The notes under the pieces were generated by a model. The model worked only from the letters and a program-made list of their open reading frames with translations, ran no database searches and was not told the DNA's origin. DNA of 64,000 nucleotides, taken from NCBI GenBank assembly GCA_040954595.2, contig CM082587.2, forward strand, positions 11,773,262 through 11,837,261, written 5' to 3'. Each line of letters opens with the position of its first letter. The first letter of the stretch is position 1. Origin of the DNA: Balanoglossus misakiensis. Taxonomy: Eukaryota > Animalia > Hemichordata. Both the position numbers and the translations under genes were made by a program. This document shows, in pieces, positions 1-12,500 of the stretch.

Positions 1-212
1 GCAAGCCGTCCTGCATCAATTATGAATTGTGTACATGCACTAAAGCGCCCTCACTGCTGGGTGTGTTGTATGGTCTTTAACCCTGTTTCAAATTAGAGTA
101 CTTTCTGCAATTTCAAGACAGATCTTACGTGCCATTGGAGAGCTCCATTGACTGGTCATTCATACTGTTTTCATTCATTCATTGCGGCATCAATATATTT
201 TATCTATTCTAG

Positions 213-359
213 CCAAAGAGCTTGGCACCTGTTGAAATGAACTCATCTGCTGTGGGCCAGTTTATTGGTGGCAGTTGAGCTGAGGAGAGCACCTTCCTTC
301 CCGGCACGCCACCAAGTAAAGTTCCACGCCGCCCACCACAGATGCCAGCATTCATTCAT
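213..359 (+). other. Exon-like 147-nt segment in module A (first copy; present in every monomer)
   Basis: Preceded by acceptor-like ttttatctattctAG (211-212) and followed by GCGAGT (360) and GTGAGT (364). The diverged copy has cat|GTGAGT at the equivalent position. All three plus frames contain a stop. Confidence 0.4.
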
Positions 360-392
360 GCGAGTGAGTGTAATTGCAAATTTGCCTATTCT

Positions 393-577
393 AGATCTGT
401 AATGGAAATGGAGAAAGTACCTTATATTTTCTGTAAAATAGACATTTAATTGGCAAGCCGTCCTGCATCAATTATGAATTGTGTACATGCACTAAAGCGC
501 CCTCACTGCTGGGTGTGTTGTATGGTCTTTAACCCTGTTTCAAATTAGAGTACTTTCTGCAATTTCAAGACAGATCT
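393..577. mobile_element. Module B: MITE-like 179-bp element with imperfect TIRs (first full copy; present in every 452-bp monomer)
   Basis: Left end tctgtaatggaaatggagaaagtac (396-420) vs reverse complement of right end (550-574) tctgtcttgaaattgcagaaagtac: 20/25 match. Palindromic AGATCT at both ends (393-398, 572-577). Absent as a whole unit from short monomers. Confidence 0.8.
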
Positions 578-3500
578 TACGTGCCATTGGAGAGCTCCAT
601 TGACTGGTCATTCATACTGTTTTCATTCATTCATTGCGGCATCAATATATTTTATCTATTCTAGCCAAAGAGCTTGGCACCTGTTGAAATGAACTCATCT
701 GCTCTGGGCCAGTTTATTGGTGGCAGTTGAGCTGAGGAGAGCACCTTCCTTCCCGGCACGCCACCAAGTAAAGTTCCACGCCGCCCACCACAGATGCCAG
801 CATTCATTCATGCGAGTGAGTGTAATTGCAAATTTGCCTATTCTAGATCTGTAATGGAAATGGAGAAAGTACCTTATATTTTCTGTAAAATAGACATTTA
901 ATTGGCAAGCCGTCCTGCATCAATTATGAATTGTGTACATGCACTAAAGCGCCCTCACTGCTGGGTGTGTTGTATGGTCTTTAACCCTGTTTCAAATTAG
1001 AGTACTTTCTGCAATTTCAAGACAGATCTTACGTGCCATTGGAGAGCTCCATTGACTGGTCATTCATACTGTTTTCATTCATTCATTGCGGCATCAATAT
1101 ATTTTATCTATTCTAGCCAAAGAGCTTGGCACCTGTTGAAATGAACTCATCTGCTGTGGGCCAGTTTATTGGTGGCAGTTGAGCTGAGAAGAGCACCTTC
1201 CTTCCCGGCACGCCACCAAGTAAAGTTCCACGCCGCCCACCACAGATGCCAGCATTCATTCATGCGAGTGAGTGTAATTGCAAATTTGCCTATTCTAGAA
1301 TCTTACGTGCCATTGGAGAGCTCCATTGACTGGTCATTCATACTGTTTTCATTCATTCATTGCGGCATCAATATATTTTATCTATTCTAGCCAAAGAGCT
1401 TGGCACCTGTTGAAATGAACTCATCTGCTGTGGGCCAGTTTATTGGTGGCAGTTGAGCTGAGGAGAGCACCTTCCTTCCCGGGACGCCACCAAGTAAAGT
1501 TCCACGCCGCCCACCACAGATGCCAGCATTCATTCATGCGAGTGAGTGTAATTGCAAATTTGCCTATTCTAGATTCTTACGTGCCATTGGAGAGCTCCAT
1601 TGACTGGTCATTCATACTGTTTTCATTCATTCATTGCGGCATCAATATATTTTATCTATTCTAGCCAAAGAGCTTGGCACCTGTTGAAATGAACTCATCT
1701 GCTGTGGGCCAGTTTATTGGTGGCAGTTGAGCTGAGGAGAGCACCTTCCTTCCCGGCACGCCACCAAGTAAAGTTCCACGCCGCCCACCACAGATGCCAG
1801 CATTCATTCATGCGAGTGAGTGTAATTGCAAATTTGCCTATTCTAGATCTGTAATGGAAATGGAGAAAGTACCTTATATTTTCTGTAAAATAGACATTTA
1901 ATTGGCAAGCCGTCCTGCATCAATTATTAATTGTGTACATGCACTAAAGCGCCCTCACTGCTGGGTGTGTTGTATGGTCTTTAACCCTGTTTCAAATTAG
2001 AGTACTTTCTGCAATTTCAAGACAGATCTTACGTGCCATTGGAGAGCTCCATTGACTGGTCATTCATACTGTTTTCATTCATTCATTGCGGCATCAATAT
2101 ATTTTATCTATTCTAGCCAAAGAGCTTGGCACCTGTTGAAATGAACTCATCTGCTGTGGGCCAGTTTATTGGTGGCAGTTGAGCTGAGGAGAGCACCTTC
2201 CTTCCCGGCACGCCACCAAGTAAAGTTCCACGCCGCCCACCACAGATGCCAGCATTCATTCATGCGAGTGAGTGTAATTGCAAATTTGCCTATTCTAGAA
2301 TTACGTGCCATTGGAGAGCTCCATTGACTGGTCATTCATACTGTTTTCATTCATTCATTGCGGCATCAATATATTTTATCTATTCTAGCCAAAGAGCTTG
2401 GCACCTGTTGAAATGAACTCATCTGCTGTGGGCCAGTTTATTGGTGGCAGTTGAGCTGAGGAGAGCACCTTCCTTCCCGGCACGCCACCAAGTAAAGTTC
2501 CACGCCGCCCACCACAGATGCCAGCATTCATTCATGCGAGTGAGTGTAATTGCAAATTTGCCTATTCTAGATCTGTAATGGAAATGGAGAAAGTACCTTA
2601 TATTTTCTGTAAAATAGACATTTAATTGGCAAGCCGTCCTGCATCAATTATGAATTGTGTACATGCACTAAAGCGCCCTCACTGCTGGGTGTGTTGTATG
2701 GTCTTTAACCCTGTTTCAAATTAGAGTACTTTCTGCAATTTCAAGACAGATCTTACGTGCCATTGGAGAGCTCCATTGACTGGTCATTCATACTGTTTTC
2801 ATTCATTCATTGCGGCATCAATATATTTTATCTATTCTAGCCAAAGAGCTTGGCACCTGTTGAAATGAACTCATCTGCTGTGGGCCAGTTTATTGGTGGC
2901 AGTTGAGCTGAGGAGAGCACCTTCCTTCCCGGCACGCCACCAAGTAAAGTTCCACGCCGCCCACCACAGATGCCAGCATTCATTCATGCGAGTGAGTGTA
3001 ATTGCAAATTTGCCTATTCTAGATCTGTAATGGAAATGGAGAAAGTACCTTATATTTTCTGTAAAATAGACATTTAATTGGCAAGCCGTCCTGCATCAAT
3101 TATGAATTGTGTACATGCACTAAAGCGCCCTCACTGCTGGGTGTGTTGTATGGTCTTTAACCCTGTTTCAAATTAGAGTACTTTCTGCAATTTCAAGACA
3201 GATCTTACGTGCCATTGGAGAGCTCCATTGACTGGTCATTCATACTGTTTTCATTCATTCATTTCGGCATCAATATATTTTATCTATTCTAGCCAAAGAG
3301 CTTGGCACCTGTTGAAATGAACTCATCTGCTGTGGGCCAGTTTATTGGTGGCAGTTGAGCTGAGAAGAGCACCTTCCTTCCCGGCACGCCACCAAGTAAA
3401 GTTCCACGCCGCCCACCACAGATGCCAGCATTCATTCATGCGAGTGAGTGTAATTGCAAATTTGCCTATTCTAGAATCTTACGTGCCATTGGAGAGCTCC

Positions 3501-6500
3501 ATTGACTGGTCATTCATACTGTTTTCATTCATTCATTGCGGCATCAATATATTTTATCTATTCTAGCCAAAGAGCTTGGCACCTGTTGAAATGAACTCAT
3601 CTGCTGTGGGCCAGTTTATTGGTGGCAGTTGAGCTGAGGAGAGCACCTTCCTTCCCGGGACGCCACCAAGTAAAGTTCCACGCCGCCCACCACAGATGCC
3701 AGCATTCATTCATGCGAGTGAGTGTAATTGCAAATTTGCCTATTCTAGATTCTTACGTGCCATTGGAGAGCTCCATTGACTGGTCATTCATACTGTTTTC
3801 ATTCATTCATTGCGGCATCAATATATTTTATCTATTCTAGCCAAAGAGCTTGGCACCTGTTGAAATGAACTCATCTGCTGTGGGCCAGTTTATTGGTGGC
3901 AGTTGAGCTGAGGAGAGCACCTTCCTTCCCGGCACGCCACCAAGTAAAGTTCCACGCCGCCCACCACAGATGCCAGCATTCATTCATGCGAGTGAGTGTA
4001 ATTGCAAATTTGCCTATTCTAGATCTGTAATGGAAATGGAGAAAGTACCTTATATTTTCTGTAAAATAGACATTTAATTGGCAAGCCGTCCTGCATCAAT
4101 TATTAATTGTGTACATGCACTAAAGCGCCCTCACTGCTGGGTGTGTTGTATGGTCTTTAACCCTGTTTCAAATTAGAGTACTTTCTGCAATTTCAAGACA
4201 GATCTTACGTGCCATTGGAGAGCTCCATTGACTGGTCATTCATACTGTTTTCATTCATTCATTGCGGCATCAATATATTTTATCTATTCTAGCCAAAGAG
4301 CTTGGCACCTGTTGAAATGAACTCATCTGCTGTGGGCCAGTTTATTGGTGGCAGTTGAGCTGAGGAGAGCACCTTCCTTCCCGGCACGCCACCAAGTAAA
4401 GTTCCACGCCGCCCACCACAGATGCCAGCATTCATTCATGCGAGTGAGTGTAATTGCAAATTTGCCTATTCTAGAATTACGTGCCATTGGAGAGCTCCAT
4501 TGACTGGTCATTCATACTGTTTTCATTCATTCATTGCGGCATCAATATATTTTATCTATTCTAGCCAAAGAGCTTGGCACCTGTTGAAATGAACTCATCT
4601 GCTGTGGGCCAGTTTATTGGTGGCAGTTGAGCTGAGGAGAGCACCTTCCTTCCCGGCACGCCACCAAGTAAAGTTCCACGCCGCCCACCACAGATGCCAG
4701 CATTCATTCATGCGAGTGAGTGTAATTGCAAATTTGCCTATTCTAGATCTGTAATGGAAATGGAGAAAGTACCTTATATTTTCTGTAAAATAGACATTTA
4801 ATTGGCAAGCCGTCCTGCATCAATTATGAATTGTGTACATGCACTAAAGCGCCCTCACTGCTGGGTGTGTTGTATGGTCTTTAACCCTGTTTCAAATTAG
4901 AGTACTTTCTGCAATTTCAAGACAGATCTTACGTGCCATTGGAGAGCTCCATTGACTGGTCATTCATACTGTTTTCATTCATTCATTGCGGCATCAATAT
5001 ATTTTATCTATTCTAGCCAAAGAGCTTGGCACCTGTTGAAATGAACTCATCTGCTGTGGGCCAGTTTATTGGTGGCAGTTGAGCTGAGGAGAGCACCTTC
5101 CTTCCCGGCACGCCACCAAGTAAAGTTCCACGCCGCCCACCACAGATGCCAGCATTCATTCATGCGAGTGAGTGTAATTGCAAATTTGCCTATTCTAGAT
5201 CTGTAATGGAAATGGAGAAAGTACCTTATATTTTCTGTAAAATAGACATTTAATTGGCAAGCCGTCCTGCATCAATTATTAATTGTGTACATGCACTAAA
5301 GCGCCCTCACTGCTGGGTGTGTTGTATGGTCTTTAACCCTGTTTCAAATTAGAGTACTTTCTGCAATTTCAAGACAGATCTTACGTGCCATTGGAGAGCT
5401 CCATTGACTGGTCATTCATACTGTTTTCATTCATTCATTGCGGCATCAATATATTTTATCTATTCTAGCCAAAGAGCTTGGCACCTGTTGAAATGAACTC
5501 ATCTGCTGTGGGCCAGTTTATTGGTGGCAGTTGAGCTGAGAAGAGCACCTTCCTTCCCGGCACGCCACCAAGTAAAGTTCCACGCCGCCCACCACAGATG
5601 CCAGCATTCATTCATGCGAGTGAGTGTAATTGCAAATTTGCCTATTCTAGATCTGTAATGGAAATGGAGAAAGTACCTTATATTTTCTGTAAAATAGACA
5701 TTTAATTGGCAAGCCGTCCTGCATCAATTATGAATTGTGTACATGCACTAAAGCGCCCTCACTGCTGGGTGTGTTGTATGGTCTTTAACCCTGTTTCAAA
5801 TTAGAGTACTTTCTGCAATTTCAAGACAGATCTTACGTGCCATTGGAGAGCTCCATTGACTGGTCATTCATACTGTTTTCATTCATTCATTGCGGCATCA
5901 ATATATTTTATCTATTCTAGCCAAAGAGCTTGGCACCTGTTGAAATGAACTCATCTGCTGTGGGCCAGTTTATTGGTGGCAGTTGAGCTGAGGAGAGCAC
6001 CTTCCTTCCCGGCACGCCACCAAGTAAAGTTCCACGCCGCCCACCACAGATGCCAGCATTCATTCATGCGAGTGAGTGTAATTGCAAATTTGCCTATTCT
6101 AGATCTGTAATGGAAATGGAGAAAGTACCTTATATTTTCTGTAAAATAGACATTTAATTGGCAAGCCGTCCTGCATCAATTATGAATTGTGTACATGCAC
6201 TAAAGCGCCCTCACTGCTGGGTGTGTTGTATGGTCTTTAACCCTGTTTCAAATTAGAGTACTTTCTGCAATTTCAAGACAGATCTTACGTGCCATTGGAG
6301 AGCTCCATTGACTGGTCATTCATACTGTTTTCATTCATTCATTGCGGCATCAATATATTTTATCTATTCTAGCCAAAGAGCTTGGCACCTGTTGAAATGA
6401 ACTCATCTGCTGTGGGCCAGTTTATTGGTGGCAGTTGAGCTGAGGAGAGCACCTTCCTTCCCGGCACGCCACCAAGTAAAGTTCCACGCCGCCCACCACA

Positions 6501-9500
6501 GATGCCAGCATTCATTCATGCGAGTGAGTGTAATTGCAAATTTGCCTATTCTAGATCTGTAATGGAAATGGAGAAAGTACCTTATATTTTCTGTAAAATA
6601 GACATTTAATTGGCAAGCCGTCCTGCATCAATTATGAATTGTGTACATGCACTAAAGCGCCCTCACTGCTGGGTGTGTTGTATGGTCTTTAACCCTGTTT
6701 CAAATTAGAGTACTTTCTGCAATTTCAAGACAGATCTTACGTGCCATTGGAGAGCTCCATTGACTGGTCATTCATACTGTTTTCATTCATTCATTGCGGC
6801 ATCAATATATTTTATCTATTCTAGCCAAAGAGCTTGGCACCTGTTGAAATGAACTCATCTGCTGTGGGCCAGTTTATTGGTGGCAGTTGAGCTGAGGAGA
6901 GCACCTTCCTTCCCGGCACGCCACCAAGTAAAGTTCCACGCCGCCCACCACAGATGCCAGCATTCATTCATGCGAGTGAGTGTAATTGCAAATTTGCCTA
7001 TTCTAGATCTGTAATGGAAATGGAGAAAGTACCTTATATTTTCTGTAAAATAGACATTTAATTGGCAAGCCGTCCTGCATCAATTATGAATTGTGTACAT
7101 GCACTAAAGCGCCCTCACTGCTGGGTGTGTTGTATGGTCTTTAACCCTGTTTCAAATTAGAGTACTTTCTGCAATTTCAAGACAGATCTTACGTGCCATT
7201 GGAGAGCTCCATTGACTGGTCATTCATACTGTTTTCATTCATTCATTGCGGCATCAATATATTTTATCTATTCTAGCCAAAGAGCTTGGCACCTGTTGAA
7301 ATGAACTCATCTGCTGTGGGCCAGTTTATTGGTGGCAGTTGAGCTGAGAAGAGCACCTTCCTTCCCGGCACGCCACCAAGTAAAGTTCCACGCCGCCCAC
7401 CACAGATGCCAGCATTCATTCATGCGAGTGAGTGTAATTGCAAATTTGCCTATTCTAGAATCTTACGTGCCATTGGAGAGCTCCATTGACTGGTCATTCA
7501 TACTGTTTTCATTCATTCATTGCGGCATCAATATATTTTATCTATTCTAGCCAAAGAGCTTGGCACCTGTTGAAATGAACTCATCTGCTGTGGGCCAGTT
7601 TATTGGTGGCAGTTGAGCTGAGGAGAGCACCTTCCTTCCCGGGACGCCACCAAGTAAAGTTCCACGCCGCCCACCACAGATGCCAGCATTCATTCATGCG
7701 AGTGAGTGTAATTGCAAATTTGCCTATTCTAGATTCTTACGTGCCATTGGAGAGCTCCATTGACTGGTCATTCATACTGTTTTCATTCATTCATTGCGGC
7801 ATCAATATATTTTATCTATTCTAGCCAAAGAGCTTGGCACCTGTTGAAATGAACTCATCTGCTGTGGGCCAGTTTATTGGTGGCAGTTGAGCTGAGGAGA
7901 GCACCTTCCTTCCCGGCACGCCACCAAGTAAAGTTCCACGCCGCCCACCACAGATGCCAGCATTCATTCATGCGAGTGAGTGTAATTGCAAATTTGCCTA
8001 TTCTAGATCTGTAATGGAAATGGAGAAAGTACCTTATATTTTCTGTAAAATAGACATTTAATTGGCAAGCCGTCCTGCATCAATTATGAATTGTGTACAT
8101 GCACTAAAGCGCCCTCACTGCTGGGTGTGTTGTATGGTCTTTAACCCTGTTTCAAATTAGAGTACTTTCTGCAATTTCAAGACAGATCTTACGTGCCATT
8201 GGAGAGCTCCATTGACTGGTCATTCATACTGTTTTCATTCATTCATTGCGGCATCAATATATTTTATCTATTCTAGCCAAAGAGCTTGGCACCTGTTGAA
8301 ATGAACTCATCTGCTGTGGGCCAGTTTATTGGTGGCAGTTGAGCTGAGGAGAGCACCTTCCTTCCCGGCACGCCACCAAGTAAAGTTCCACGCCGCCCAC
8401 CACAGATGCCAGCATTCATTCATGCGAGTGAGTGTAATTGCAAATTTGCCTATTCTAGATCTGTAATGGAAATGGAGAAAGTACCTTATATTTTCTGTAA
8501 AATAGACATTTAATTGGCAAGCCGTCCTGCATCAATTATGAATTGTGTACATGCACTAAAGCGCCCTCACTGCTGGGTGTGTTGTATGGTCTTTAACCCT
8601 GTTTCAAATTAGAGTACTTTCTGCAATTTCAAGACAGATCTTACGTGCCATTGGAGAGCTCCATTGACTGGTCATTCATACTGTTTTCATTCATTCATTG
8701 CGGCATCAATATATTTTATGTATTCTAGCCAAAGAGCTTGGCACCTGTTGAAATGAACTCATCTGCTGTGGGCCAGTTTATTGGTGGCAGTTGAGCTGAG
8801 GAGAGCACCTTCCTTCCCGGCACGCCACCAAGTAAAGTTCCACGCCGCCCACCACAGATGCCAGCATTCATTCATGCGAGTGAGTGTAATTGCAAATTTG
8901 CCTATTCTAGATCTGTAATGGAAATGGAGAAAGTACCTTATATTTTCTGTAAAATAGACATTTAATTGGCAAGCCGTCCTGCATCAATTATTAATTGTGT
9001 ACATGCACTAAAGCGCCCTCACTGCTGGGTGTGTTGTATGGTCTTTAACCCTGTTTCAAATTAGAGTACTTTCTGCAATTTCAAGACAGATCTTACGTGC
9101 CATTGGAGAGCTCCATTGACTGGTCATTCATACTGTTTTCATTCATTCATTGCGGCATCAATATATTTTATCTATTCTAGCCAAAGAGCTTGGCACCTGT
9201 TGAAATGAACTCATCTGCTGTGGGCCAGTTTATTGGTGGCAGTTGAGTTGAGGAGAGCACCTTCCTTCCCGGCACGCCACCAAGTAAAGTTCCACGCCGC
9301 CCACCACAGATGCCAGCATTCATTCATGCGAGTGAGTGTAATTGCAAATTTGCCTATTCTAGAATTCTTACGTGCCATTGGAGAGCTCCATTGACTGGTC
9401 ATTCATACTGTTTTCATTCATTCATTGCGGCATCAATATATTTTATGTATTCTAGCCAAAGAGCTTGGCACCTGTTGAAATGAACTCATCTGCTGTGGGC

Positions 9501-12500
9501 CAGTTTATTGGTGGCAGTTGAGCTGAGGAGAGCACCTTCCTTCCCGGCACGCCACCAAGTAAAGTTCCACGCCGCCCACCACAGATGCCAGCATTCATTC
9601 ATGCGAGTGAGTGTAATTGCAAATTTGCCTATTCTAGATCTGTAATGGAAATGGAGAAAGTACCTTATATTTTCTGTAAAATAGACATTTAATTGGCAAG
9701 CCGTCCTGCATCAATTATGAATTGTGTACATGCACTAAAGCGCCCTCACTGCTGGGTGTGTTGTATGGTCTTTAACCCTGTTTCAAATTAGAGTACTTTC
9801 TGCAATTTCAAGACAGATCTTACGTGCCATTGGAGAGCTCCATTGACTGGTCATTCATACTGTTTTCATTCATTCATTGTGGCATCAATATATTTTATCT
9901 ATTCTAGCCAAAGAGCTTGGCACCTGTTGAAATGAACTCATCTGCTGTGGGCCAGTTTATTGGTGGCAGTTGAGCTGAGGAGAGCACCTTCCTTCCCGGC
10001 ACGCCACCAAGTAAAGTTCCACGCCGCCCACCACAGATGCCAGCATTCATTCATGCGAGTGAGTGTAATTGCAAATTTGCCTATTCTAGATCTGTAATGG
10101 AAATGGAGAAAGTACCTTATATTTTCTGTAAAATAGACATTTAATTGGCAAGCCGTCCTGCATCAATTATTAATTGTGTACATGCACTAAAGCGCCCTCA
10201 CTGCTGGGTGTGTTGTATGGTCTTTAACCCTGTTTCAAATTAGAGTACTTTCTGCAATTTCAAGACAGATCTTACGTGCCATTGGAGAGCTCCATTGACT
10301 GGTCATTCATACTGTTTTCATTCATTCATTGCGGCATCAATATATTTTATCTATTCTAGCCAAAGAGCTTGGCACCTGTTGAAATGAACTCATCTGCTGT
10401 GGGCCAGTTTATTGGTGGCAGTTGAGCTGAGAAGAGCACCTTCCTTCCCGGCACGCCACCAAGTAAAGTTCCACGCCGCCCACCACAGATGCCAGCATTC
10501 ATTCATGCGAGTGAGTGTAATTGCAAATTTGCCTATTCTAGATCTGTAATGGAAATGGAGAAAGTACCTTATATTTTCTGTAAAATAGACATTTAATTGG
10601 CAAGCCGTCCTGCATCAATTATGAATTGTGTACATGCACTAAAGCGCCCTCACTGCTGGGTGTGTTGTATGGTCTTTAACCCTGTTTCAAATTAGAGTAC
10701 TTTCTGCAATTTCAAGACAGATCTTACGTGCCATTGGAGAGCTCCATTGACTGGTCATTCATACTGTTTTCATTCATTCATTGCGGCATCAATATATTTT
10801 ATCTATTCTAGCCAAAGAGCTTGGCACCTGTTGAAATGAACTCATCTGCTGTGGGCCAGTTTATTGGTGGCAGTTGAGCTGAGGAGAGCACCTTCCTTCC
10901 CGGCACGCCACCAAGTAAAGTTCCACGCCGCCCACCACAGATGCCAGCATTCATTCATGCGAGTGAGTGTAATTGCAAATTTGCCTATTCTAGATCTGTA
11001 ATGGAAATGGAGAAAGTACCTTATATTTTCTGTAAAATAGACATTTAATTGGCAAGCCGTCCTGCATCAATTATGAATTGTGTACATGCACTAAAGCGCC
11101 CTCACTGCTGGGTGTGTTGTATGGTCTTTAACCCTGTTTCAAATTAGAGTACTTTCTGCAATTTCAAGACAGATCTTACGTGCCATTGGAGAGCTCCATT
11201 GACTGGTCATTCATACTGTTTTCATTCATTCATTGCGGCATCAATATATTTTATCTATTCTAGCCAAAGAGCTTGGCACCTGTTGAAATGAACTCATCTG
11301 CTGTGGGCCAGTTTATTGGTGGCAGTTGAGCTGAGGAGAGCACCTTCCTTCCCGGCACGCCACCAAGTAAAGTTCCACGCCGCCCACCACAGATGCCAGC
11401 ATTCATTCATGCGAGTGAGTGTAATTGCAAATTTGCCTATTCTAGATCTGTAATGGAAATGGAGAAAGTACCTTATATTTTCTGTAAAATAGACATTTAA
11501 TTGGCAAGCCGTCCTGCATCAATTATGAATTGTGTACATGCACTAAAGCGCCCTCACTGCTGGGTGTGTTGTATGGTCTTTAACCCTGTTTCAAATTAGA
11601 GTACTTTCTGCAATTTCAAGACAGATCTTACGTGCCATTGGAGAGCTCCATTGACTGGTCATTCATACTGTTTTCATTCATTCATTGCGGCATCAATATA
11701 TTTTATGTATTCTAGCCAAAGAGCTTGGCACCTGTTGAAATGAACTCATCTGCTGTGGGCCAGTTTATTGGTGGCAGTTGAGCTGAGGAGAGCACCTTCC
11801 TTCCCGGCACGCCACCAAGTAAAGTTCCACGCCGCCCACCACAGATGCCAGCATTCATTCATGCGAGTGAGTGTAATTGCAAATTTGCCTATTCTAGATC
11901 TGTAATGGAAATGGAGAAAGTACCTTATATTTTCTGTAAAATAGACATTTAATTGGCAAGCCGTCCTGCATCAATTATTAATTGTGTACATGCACTAAAG
12001 CGCCCTCACTGCTGGGTGTGTTGTATGGTCTTTAACCCTGTTTCAAATTAGAGTACTTTCTGCAATTTCAAGACAGATCTTACGTGCCATTGGAGAGCTC
12101 CATTGACTGGTCATTCATACTGTTTTCATTCATTCATTGCGGCATCAATATATTTTATCTATTCTAGCCAAAGAGCTTGGCACCTGTTGAAATGAACTCA
12201 TCTGCTGTGGGCCAGTTTATTGGTGGCAGTTGAGCTGAGGAGAGCACCTTCCTTCCCGGCACGCCACCAAGTAAAGTTCCACGCCGCCCACCACAGATGC
12301 CAGCATTCATTCATGCGAGTGAGTGTAATTGCAAATTTGCCTATTCTAGAATTACGTGCCATTGGAGAGCTCCATTGACTGGTCATTCATACTGTTTTCA
12401 TTCATTCATTGCGGCATCAATATATTTTATCTATTCTAGCCAAAGAGCTTGGCACCTGTTGAAATGAACTCATCTGCTGTGGGCCAGTTTATTGGTGGCA

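Noticed and set aside
276-278. Selenocysteine codon in the repeat exon
   Set aside because: TGA aligns with TGT in the diverged copy, but no SECIS was identified and that copy is frameshifted relative to the monomer. Kept only as a test to run.
1-452. 5S rRNA, tRNA, snRNA or spliced-leader tandem gene array
   Set aside because: I recognised no such sequence or Pol III boxes. An Rfam scan would be needed to exclude this fully.
1169-1664. Recurrent 73-aa plus-strand ORFs (MVAVELRR...)
   Set aside because: They start at TTG, exist only when a 274-bp junction happens to keep the frame, and show no domain. Satellite artefact.
2147-2335. Recurrent 62/63-aa minus-strand ORFs (MTSQWSS...)
   Set aside because: They depend on the 272/275 junctions and have no recognisable motif.
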